Both the position numbers and the translations under genes were made by a program. Positions 12,840 through 23,057 of a stretch of 64,000 bases of DNA are shown piece by piece (position 1 is the first letter of the stretch; every line of letters begins with the position of its first letter). Source of the DNA: Botryllus schlosseri (lineage: Eukaryota); assembly GCA_051294905.1 (NCBI GenBank), contig CM119371.1, positions 2,730,001 to 2,794,000 on the forward strand. Direction: 5' to 3'. A model generated the notes under the pieces. The model searched no databases. It had not been told where the DNA came from and saw nothing but the letters and a program-made list of their open reading frames with translations.

Positions 12840-13510
12840 TAGTATACGGTCAACAATCTACATTGGTAGTAGAAATCTAATGTACGCGCTTCTTGTTTGG
12901 TGTAGACTGATGCCTATTGTTATGACTAACATGGTGAGCAATGTGCGTGACGCAGTCCTTTAACTTTGATGCGAAAAATAAGTGTCCGCAAGTTTGAACA
13001 TGCAACTGGAAAACTGTACGGTATGTTACTACGTGATCCAAGTAGTCAATGAAGAAACTCAAATTGAGGTGGAAGATAGCCGTAACTTTGTACTCGATTT
13101 CAAATAGATTTTCAATGAAGGGTCTGAAAAATAAACGAGTAAGTAGTCCGAAAATGTCAATTTGTTGGGCGTGTTACATGCTTTTAGCAAGTAATCGAAG
13201 TTTGATATTTCCGGAATCGCATGTGCATCTACGTGAGTGACGTAGCATGACAAATGACGCAACATTAGGCTTATGTACAATTTTCAGAAATATATTTTAT
13301 GTTTGTGATGCAGGAATATTTCGCCCACGTGTCATGCAAATGTAGTTCGAAAAATCACGCATGCTCATCCCCAAACTACTTCCACTTGACAAATCATCAT
13401 GGTTGAGAAGTAAGTAGGCTGGTTTTACATGAAACTGTGAAGTACAAGTAGAAGCAGTCTAAAATCATAACAAAATGTGTTGGTAGTGTAACTAGACAAG
13501 CCTACCAGTA

Positions 13511-14473
13511 GGGGAGATGTGGTACCGATGGATCAAAAATTGGAAAATGATCGCTGGCCCCAAAATGTTCAGCCGAAAACAGCAGGTCTTTTGCTGGCTC
13601 AGCACTTTGATATAAGCTCTACCTATCTCGCACCTATACATGAATATCCGTCTTTTCAAAAAATATTTATGGACGTTCAAAATTTGTTGCTCGAACGTGT
13701 CATCGGTTCCCACCCGGTGGGTCCAATGGCACACGACCCGGGGACCTATGACACATATACCCCAAATACCTCAGATGTGACAACTTTTCTTGCTCAGTAT
13801 TATAATCTAAGCTACAGTAAGCCAAAGAAGAATGTTTGATCGCAACCGTCAAGAAATAGAATAAATATTAACTCAAATGTTGTCATAAAATCACGTTTCG
13901 ATTTAGGCTCGAACTTATAAATTTGAGGGTACATACATATTGCCCGAAAATCGACAGTGTGACTTCCAAACACCTCGTTACAGCGATAAAACATCATATG
14001 CAATTATTACATAAAGATTTTCTGTACGTAGGCATGTTTCATTTGTTTTATGATTAGTATGCTTGATTATTTTGCTTGATTTGGCTATTGTATCATCGGT
14101 CCCCACCCTACGAATTTTATACATGAATCGAAAAAAATTCCACTCAAGAAAAGTACTGAAAAAATTAATAGGTGCCATTATATAGCCTGATACAAGCCCT
14201 GCACTTCACAATAAAAATGATTGCTGGTTTGTTCGCGTTGAAGGTTACAAAGAAAAATGTATATGTCGATATAAATTTACTTTACACCCCCCAAAACAAA
14301 AAACATCTGTGAGAGACCCCATAGCTCGCGCACGTCGATTTTTTTTTGTATGTGAGGAAAGATTTTGCCAGCAAGCAATTGTAGACAAGTTCACGGAGTG
14401 TAATCATGGAATTATCATAGAGGATTTTCAAAGTATTTTCGGTCCCAGTGATCCATCGGTACCACATCTCCCC
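13511..14473. mobile_element. TA-flanked MITE (Tc1/mariner-pogo like)
   Basis: Perfect 25 bp TIR GGGGAGATGTGGTACCGATGGATCA, with TA on both sides. Confidence 0.85.
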
Positions 14474-14493
14474 TACTTGAGCATTACCAAAAT

Positions 14494-15921
14494 CAGGGTT
14501 GTAATGACTCGAGTCATGGCTCGACTCGAGTCGCGATTTTCTGATGACTCAACTTGACTCGAGTCATTATCTCAAAGTACGGAAATGGCTCGACTCGAGT
14601 CAATCTGTGTAATGACTCAAGTCAAAGCCATATGACTTGAGACTCAGGCGGCCAAGGCGGACATTTCATTGTAATTTCGAAAAATAGTCAAGTAGCCACA
14701 CCATTTGCATTTCATCTATTGGTAGCCGTACTTGAAAATGAAACCATAAACTGTTACAAGTTAAAAATATATTAGTATATTATAAATGGAACCATTCGAT
14801 ATGACTAGGGCAATTTTTTTTGACCTAAAAAACGGAAGATTTTGACCTAAAAAATCTAAATTTTGACTTTTTTTGACCTAAAAAAACTGAAATTTGACCA
14901 AATTTTGACCTCACGTATGCAAATTAGGTGTTTTCGCATATAATGTTAAAATTGTACTACTTATCTTCATTTCTGGTTGGAACTGTCTGTCCTTACAAAG
15001 TAGATTGGCCTGAAAAAACGTTTTTGGCTCAAAATCTGACAGATTTTTACATGAAAAAACTAGTATTTCAACGAATTCTGGCCCTATGAGACCTGGCAAT
15101 CTGGCCCATTACGTATTCTGGTGGAAATAATTAAAATTTGTTGTAGTACAACGAAAGATCCTTTCCTACATTCTCGGGTAGAAAGTGTCTGTCCTTACTA
15201 CATAGCTTGCCAAGAACGGAGAAAGAACGCTCAACAGCAGCATTTGTTGGCTGACAACACTCAAGTTGTGTGCACACTGCTGGTGACAAACCGTGTTGCT
15301 TCATTCTGACAATGTTGTCTATGTCACAATTTTTCAGCTTGCGCTTCTTGATATAAGAACCATGCAATGTCCAGGCAGTCTTGCTTCAGCTAGGATATTG
15401 CGGTACGTTGACCATAAAACCATGTCACTATTTGTTTCATTTGACCATTTATGATTCACAATGAGCAGACGATGGTCCATTTACAACGGTAGGCCTATAG
15501 AGTAGGCTACAAGCTGTAAAATATCAAATGATAAGTTCACCGACAGCGCAAAATCTACGATACAAACGAAATGCAGAGGTCAAAAACTGTTTGACTTCGT
15601 AAACAATTTTGACAAATTTTGACCTAACGCTACAATTTTGACCTAATTTTGACTTTTTTTGACATGTCAAAAAAAAATTGCCCTAGATATCACCAAACAG
15701 TTATAAAAATCGAATTATACAATACTTTAACAGAAAACTGATCAGGTGACGCTATGACTTGGACTCGATCTCGAGTCATAATACCAAGACTCAGACTCGA
15801 TTCTCTGCTTGCTGACATGGACTCGGACTTGAGTCGGTGGTGAATTCAAAATGACTCGACTTGCCTCGAGTCAGAACTATAAAAGTGAGATTGACCTGGA
15901 ACCTTGTGACTTGGTTACAAC
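14494..15921 (+). mobile_element. GACTCGAGTC-rich hAT MITE family copy, split by a nested hAT element
   Basis: Begins CAGGGTTGTAATGACTCGAGTC and ends TTGGTTACAAC. Becomes collinear with the intact copy at 33461-34028 once 14806-15685 is removed. Confidence 0.8.
14806..15685 (-). mobile_element. Non-autonomous hAT element with a transposase C-terminal dimerisation-domain remnant
   Basis: TIR TAGGGCAATTTTTTTT. 8 bp TSD GATATGAC/GATATCAC. Subterminal TTTGACC repeats. Minus-strand ORF 15131-15367 contains PTNAAVERSFSVLG..KDR, the hAT dimerisation motif. Confidence 0.87.
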
Positions 15922-16084
15922 CAATGTTCCCTCTAAGCTGCGCACGTGCGCAAATGCGCAGTGCTGAAGCTGTCTCTGCGCACAGAAAATCCGTAGTGAT
16001 GTTTTTTTTTTTTAAGTCGTTGCGCACTGTTGTCCAAGGGACCACGCAGGCGCGCAAACTCATGAAAAATTAGAGGGAACATTG
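15922..16084. mobile_element. Short hAT-like MITE
   Basis: 15 bp TIR CAATGTTCCCTCTAA and internal TGCGCA repeats. No TSD seen. Confidence 0.7.
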
Positions 16085-16395
16085 CCAGGGGCAAATAGTG
16101 TTATCGCTGAAGTCTGACACCGGGGTACTAGTGCGGCCCGCAAAGGTATATTGCGCTCCGTGAAGAAATGAGACTTCGCAATCACGTGCGCCTAACGATA
16201 AATCTTTTCTTTTAGTATGGTCTCGTACGCGTGAGCGATACTGATATCATTTCAATAGCGCATTATTTCCTGGGAATGGCGAAATAACATGGTTTAACAA
16301 AGTTATAAATAACAATGGGCTAGCTTGAAGTTAATCTGCGAGAAACTAGCGCATAGTCTTCTCCGCGTGGCATGAATATTGCGTAAGATTTCCTC

Positions 16396-16740
16396 AGGAC
16401 CGTAACTGCCGAACCCCAAACCCCCAATTAGGGGGCCGAGCTCGAAGGGCGCCCAAAATTGTTTCGTGAATTAACATAAATCATGGTGTATTTTTGGGGA
16501 ATTTTTCAAAATATTTTTCGCGCGGCGCGCGAATTAATTTTCTCAATTATCTTGATTATTGGGTACCCTTCCACATCAAAAAATACGCGTCATTAAGATA
16601 AATGGGCACTTGGGCGTCGGCCATTAACTTGCCACGACGCACCAAGACATATGAAGTTATAGGCTATGTGACATGCGACTCCGAGAAGTGCGCCAAAACG
16701 ATCAGCTGGATGGAAACGTATTGCTGTTTGAAGTCTAATT
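16396..16740 (+). mobile_element. Left-end fragment of the hAT-like element found complete at 56202-57508
   Basis: ACCGTAACTGCCG(A/C)ACCCCAAACCCCCAATT..GGGGGCCGAGCTCGAAGGG and GCCACGACGCACCAAGA are shared with 56206-56530. Confidence 0.75.
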
Positions 16741-16879
16741 CTTCTTTAGGAGACATGCAGTAACACGAGTGGTCTCCCACCATCGGCCGAACTTCCAATG
16801 GTTTCTTTTTCTCGTCTTCATTCCTTCTGTGTACCTTAGATAGCGGAAACGAATTGGTATGAAGCATTACCTAACTACT

Positions 16880-18590
16880 TATCCATGAGATATAAGTTAG
16901 GCTTACGCCAATGCTTGACTAGTACTATAAACTTGTAGAGTATATTCGAATTCAATTCTGAAGGCTAGATCCAAAAAGAGATTTGGTTAAGGTTATCACC
17001 TAGCACCAATGACCATTGACCAATCTTTGACCTTGATGTTATTATATCACTTTACTACTGCGACAACGCACACTGTAAGCGGTCAATATATTTGTTATAG
17101 AATAATGGACGTTCAGTAAAACGCAAAATGATTGAATGAATGATTTGTCGCTCTCACCAGTCACAACAGCGTATCGAGAACAATCCGAACAATTGTAACG
17201 TATACAGCGATTTTTAGCAACATCCATTTCCTGATGACTTGAAATTGACTCGTAAATTTTGCTTCCAGTCAGTGGTTAGTCGACATTTGTGAAACGCCGA
17301 GTCAAGTCAAGTCATTTTTGCAAAGTGACTCGAGTCAAATCAAGTCATACGAAAAAAGGTGACTCGAGTCTGACTCGACTCAAGACATAACCCGAGTCAT
17401 TTCAGCACTGTCCGCCAGACCACTACGACAGGCTGTGCTTTCACAAGCACGCTTGCATATCAGAGGTGGAAACTTGCCGCTAGTGATAGCTTTGCCTCAA
17501 TATTTAATGATTGGCATCTCAGTATCAGTTTGGCCAACTGACAAATATGATAAGGTGAAAGCAATTATAAGCTAGCTTCAGACACAAAGCAATCTGGCTG
17601 AACATCGTCCATTGAACCCCAGTAGGCTACCGCACGCCTACTTACTGTAACTAAACTGAACATAGAAGAAGAACATGAAACTATTAGTAGATTTTCACTG
17701 TTGAATTGAAACAGTGATAGATATGTTGAGTCATGGCGAGGCCAGGAAAAGTTAAGGCGACCCCGCTTGTGATCATGAACCAGAGGTTGCCGACCACTGC
17801 TCTATATCCGTCATCCAAACATGAAAATGAATTCAAAATTCTTTGTGGCAAGTGTGTGGAAGTCGAAGGCAAATATCAAAAACTTGAATTTAATGAGAAA
17901 CGTATTTCTTCCTTTTTGGTATCAAGTGTGCTGTACGTATGGTCATCAGATCTCAGATGCAAGTACATTATTTTTCTCCACATATTCATATATTTCAATA
18001 GGTTGCTATCAGATTTTTGACATTTTCTATTCAGATCGCCATCAATTCCATCATTGGCATGTCCAAGGGATGTGGTCTCGTCCAATTCAAGACCTCACTT
18101 CCGGCAAAGTGGCAAATTGTATCGACTCGCTGAATGGTAGGGAAAACGTTGGTAGACTCGTTCATGCTTACCGTACTTTTAAACCACTATTCAGGTGCTG
18201 TACCCAGACTTCAACAAACTACTGGATTTCCAAAATCTGAACTCTCTTTGCAAAACCCGTAACTTCAATTAGATTTAGAACAGCGGTTCTCAGAATTTTC
18301 TTTGACACGCCCCCATTTTGATAGTGAAAAATTTCGCGCTCCCATCATCGTCATGTCACAAATGCAATCAGAATGCTGGCAGTCCCAACGGAGGGTTTGA
18401 TGACATGGATGGTTTTGACTAGGGTGATTCTTTTACCTAAAAAACCAAAGATTGTGACCTAAAAAATCCTAATTTTGAAGAAATTTGACCTATCATATGC
18501 AAACTAGGTGTTTTCCCACATAACGTTAGAATGGCACTACTTATCTTCATTTCTGTTTGGAACTGTCTGTCCTTACGAAGTAGTTTTTCC
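16880..18590 (+). repeat. Composite repeat unit; inverted copy at ~38890-40975, partial copies at ~42545-43225 and ~46020-46160
   Basis: Collinear similarity across several embedded MITE fragments and unique-looking sequence, for example GGCATCTCAGTATCAGT and TGTATCGACTC(G/A)CTGAATGGTA. Confidence 0.85.
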
Positions 18591-19353
18591 TAGTTGAAAT
18601 GGGTAGGCTGTAAACTCCTAACAGCCTGGCCACGCCAGTCTCTGCAGTGATGACTCTGAGGTAGAAATGGCTGCAAGAACATCACACAATAAAACGCCGG
18701 GATCACGATTCACGTCAAACGATGACGTAAGTTTTCTAGTTGTTTGCAATTACTCAGTTGTTAGTTGACCGTCAACTAACTAGATTGGTAGCTTGCACAA
18801 GTCTGCATACCAGTCAATCATATTAAACTCCGTGAAGCCTGAAATAGTAGGTGAAAGAATACGCTCTTAATGTGATTTAGAACATGTTGGCCACCCGAAT
18901 AGATTTTGCGATACTGCCACTCATGATTGAAACATGATGTTTTGTGAGAGTTGATGACCACAGACAATCTCCTTGTAGTATTCATTGGTAGGGTTGTGGA
19001 AATCGTGCCTGAGTGACGCGACCATGAATCGAATAGTAGGCGTCGAGTCAAGTACCACTACTTATGACATCATAGGGTTATGAGAAATTTGAAAAGTGCA
19101 AATATGTACCGTTCATGCAACCACAAATAATATAATGCTGGCTCTACGTCATATTAAAAATAATATAGTTTTTATCAACGATGCCTATTTTATTGCAAAT
19201 GCTGCGGATTTACAGATATTTCCTTTCCGCTAGCGTAGTTTTGTACAACAGCTTTCGTATGCTGTTATATGACCAAGAAAGTTCCAAGGCTTCCACAGTG
19301 GAAATACGATCGGAACGATAAGTTTAGTTAATAAATGAACACATATTGGTGAG

Positions 19354-19845
19354 TAGGGCTGGTCACGATGATAAGAATACTCGAATCTGCTTCGATAAAT
19401 ATATCTAATGATTCGAGTCGAGTAGTGAAATTTTTGGAGTGCTGATATACGCTCTTTGCCAACGAAATGTAATTGAATATCGAGAATTATAGCTTCGACG
19501 GAATTTTCTACTGTGGGAGCATGGAAAACTCGACTGACCGTGGCCTACGGAACATGTAGTGCAAACCTACGAATGTTATTGGGTTTGCCATATCTCTGAA
19601 GTCATGATCAACCCCAGCATTGTCACAGAGTGCAATGAGATCGGTATTGCGGATAAAATATCAAAGTACAGACATGATATTCTTTGTAGTAGCGTAAAAA
19701 GTAGGCTATATATATATATGAACTTTGACATCTCAAATACTGTTATTTCGTCATAATGAGTGATACTCAAATACTCCACCGGGCTCGAAACCTAATATGT
19801 GATTCAATATCGAATCACTCACGTACTCGATTCTGCACAACCCTA
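19354..19845. mobile_element. hAT MITE of the TAGGGCTG / TACTCGA family (copy 1)
   Basis: TAGGG(C/T)TG termini and degenerate 8 bp TSD TTGGTGAG/TTGGCAAG. Opposite orientation to the homologs at 45202 and 62242. Confidence 0.75.
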
Positions 19846-21100
19846 TTGGCAAGGAGACGAATTATTTCTATTGCTGAATCAAATGGGTAGGGTTAATACT
19901 GATTTCAGATGCGAGCCCTCTGGACATTGTGCCTAGCTCAATAAGTAGTGCTATTTCAGAAAATATATCTAGTTACCGTGATACGAGGGGCGTACTATTT
20001 TGCTGTGAAATTAAACCGATTTTTACCTTTTAGCGAAACTTTCGAATTCAAAGAAGTGCGCTAAGCGAAATTTCTCACGAAGCCGAAGCCACAAACAAAA
20101 GCTTAACTCGTTGAATGATGCCAACACAAAACCGAACCCAAACCGACAAAGTTTCAAGAGAAAGTCATCAGGAGATTCAGTCGCTCACAGGAAAAGAGAG
20201 AGAGAACGGTACAAATCTCTGGATTGCAGAACAGAAAAAAAAATTCGATCAACATATTGCTCAGATGCGACTATACTTGCGTTTCAAGGCAACGTTGGTA
20301 CGAAAGCCTGCGGTAAAAATATATCCGTTGCCGAATTATGTGAAACCGAATATCCGTTCGGGAGACAAGGTCAAGATTAGGGTACGAGTGGGACGCACCC
20401 CAAAACTCAACTGCGAGTCCGATCAACGGCAAGTCACACAAAACTATTGAGAGCAAAAAGCAAGCAAAAATAGGCAGCCTTCGAAGAGAGGCCAGAAAAC
20501 CAGAGGAAGATGCTACTGGCAGGGTCAGAGTGTTTGGCGGTCTCGTTTTTAAATATGGCCGCTCCTTGCCAGTAGTAAGTTGGACTTTAAAAAACGTAAA
20601 CGAGGAAATTGGTTCCAAGTGCCATTGGTTTTCTAGTTGGTATTTTTTGTGTCAAAACTCTAGCAGCCAAGACGGTATTTCATCCCAACTTCGAAAAATA
20701 GTGAAGTTCCAAATTATAAGTATTTCATTTATCAGTACTCATACATAAAATTAGTGCCAAAACTTGTTATAACTGATGAAAATCAGCATATTATGAATAC
20801 CAGGCATTCGATATCGCCCAAGCATAATTGTGAAAAATTGGCTTCAACATAGGCTACCTGAACTCGAAACTGAACTATGAACACAATGAACACAACCCCC
20901 CGCAACACCACTGGGAGTTGGACTTGACACGGTGAATAAGTGAAGATTACTCGACTTACTTGGGTCAAAACTATAAAAGTAAGATCGACTAGAGACCCGG
21001 AACCTAGTGACTTGGTGTGAATAATTTGAACGCCGCAATAGGACATTGTTTGGTAATTTTGTTGCTGCGAAACCAAGTCGATTTTTACAAATGTTAGGGT

Positions 21101-21370
21101 TTGTTTGTTAGTTTGTAGTATTCATGGTGTTTGTCGACTACTGTGGTCATTTATACCAGGCCGATATTCGTCATTATTATTCCGTAACTGCCGACTTATA
21201 GCACGGCCCACTTCTGGGCTTTTTGTAAGACACCGCTTACGCGGATGAGGTGGCGAGGAGGAGTCTTGATCAACCTCCAACACTTAGGTATGGGAATTCT
21301 GAAGTCGGACTCGAACCCACAACCCATTGGTTTTGCAGCCGCGGCTTATACCACTGCGCTATCTCACCAC
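21101..21370 (-). mobile_element. tRNA-derived SINE (Cys-like head)
   Basis: Minus strand shows A box TAGCGCAGTGG, anticodon-like loop CTGCAAA, B box GGTTCGAGTCC, a non-tRNA body and an (AAAC)-type tail. 13 bp TSD CAAATGTTAGGGT at 21088-21100 and 21371-21383. Confidence 0.85.
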
Positions 21371-22800
21371 CAAATGTTAGGGTAATTCTGGGTGACTTGC
21401 AGTGCCCAGACCAGATTGCAATTTTATTTTCGAAATCAGCGAGGCGGTAGCTTTTTTAGAGGCCACTTTAAATAATTTTGTCACTCGAGTCTCAAGCGAA
21501 AAGATAACCATATCCCAGGGTTGTGAAACCACGTCACAAGGTCCCGAGTCATAAGTCAACTCTACTTTATTACATTTTGACTCTGGTCAAGTTGAGACAT
21601 TTTCAATTCAGCGCCGACTCAAGTCCGAGTCATAGTCAGGGTTCAAAGGTCTCAGTCCATAGACACAGTGTTGATACTCGGGTCTGAGTCCAAGTCGTTG
21701 TGTTACCTGGTCATTTTCGAGCTCAATCCTGTTCAAATCACTCTGTTTGGATGATTTTTAATGCCTCGCGTTATGTGGTAACTTACTATTCTTCGAAGTT
21801 GTCTTGCCCGATATCTAGAACTTCAAGTTTCTAGATATCCCTGGTGCGCAGGGACTCGAGTCAAGTCGAGTCAATACACAAATGCTCTCATATCGACTTT
21901 AGTAATTTTCCATACCGGTATTTTAGAAAATGACATTAGTCAAGTCTAGTGACTAAAAAATCTTGACTCGAATCGTTTCATTACAACGCTGTCATATCTT
22001 GCTAACCACGTTTTGCTTCATATCTAACTAATTGTGCAGTCACAAGATTCGGATCTATCTCTAATTAAGTTGTGTTATATACCTACACAGCCTCCTGTCT
22101 CCATATGTTTCAATAAACTCAGTTTGCAGGTTCACCGATGCATTTTGGTCTTGTTGTAGGAAAGGTAACTGAAAGTAAAACAGCTTCAATCGATATCGAA
22201 GTAACCTCGGTGGATAATTTACTCTTTCAAAACAAGAAAAGTGGGTAGATAAAGGAATGCAGATGAATACGCATTACACATGATGTTGTAAGCCTTTGGC
22301 AACTTTACAAATGTGTTCTGCTAGTTCAATCTGTTCTGCAGTAACAATAACACTGCATCCTACAGTCCACGTAACAGTAAAAACATGATGAAATTTGCCA
22401 ACCTAAATACTTTTTTTTTCAAAACGACTTGGATTTCGTTCGTTGATATTAAACCGCATAATGGTGGACTGCGTTGTTGCACGGCAGATCCCGCATCAGG
22501 ACTACGAACGAGGCTCTGGCTTTGACGTAATAAGCTAAAATGAAAGAAATCCACGAATTCTTTTTGTGGTGAGTGGGTAATACGACATAAATGGATCAAC
22601 AAGTTTTAATTCTTGTCCATTTCATAGTATACTCTAGCGCACGCTCAATATTCAGCTTGAGACGAGATCAAGATTTCGTTATGCTATACCTCTCATGAAT
22701 TCGGAGAGATCGATAATTCTAACAATGCGACTACAATTTCGTGCTTGTCGACACATTTCAGTAATACGGTAATACCAATGGTCGTAACGACTGACCTCAC

Positions 22801-22976
22801 TGTTACGTGGGTTATTGTATGTATTATAATGATGCTTCCCTGTAAAGTAGCAAGGTTTGACGTCATGCCTTACCCAACTGTGCATGACCGCATCACTCGT
22901 GCTTGACCGCTTCATCTCTTATCTCATCTCTGGTTGATGGCACATGGAAGCCATAATAAATGTACAGCAAGAAACA
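22801..22976 (+). repeat. 5' LTR (176 bp)
   Basis: One mismatch to the 3' LTR (CCCTGTAAAG vs CCCCGTAAAG). Contains AATAAA near its end. Confidence 0.97.
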
Positions 22977-22988
22977 TGGTGTCAGAAG
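22977..22988 (+). promoter_or_regulatory. Primer-binding site, tRNA-Leu
   Basis: TGGTGTCAGAAG directly after the LTR, complementary to the 3' end CTTCTGACACCA of metazoan tRNA-Leu(CAA). Confidence 0.85.
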
Positions 22989-23057
22989 ATAACTGAACTC
23001 GCGAGCTCTAAATCTGTCATTAGCTCGGCATAAAGATTTATCATCTTATCTAACTAT

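Noticed and set aside
19940..20620. Overlapping ~90-115 aa ORFs with weak nucleotide similarity to ~35230-35590 (minus)
   Set aside because: No recognisable domain or consistent frame, and the similarity is limited to short words, so I cannot support a call.
21295..21370. Functional tRNA-Cys gene
   Set aside because: The acceptor stem pairs poorly, and the sequence continues into a body and tail bounded by a 13 bp TSD, so it is a SINE head.
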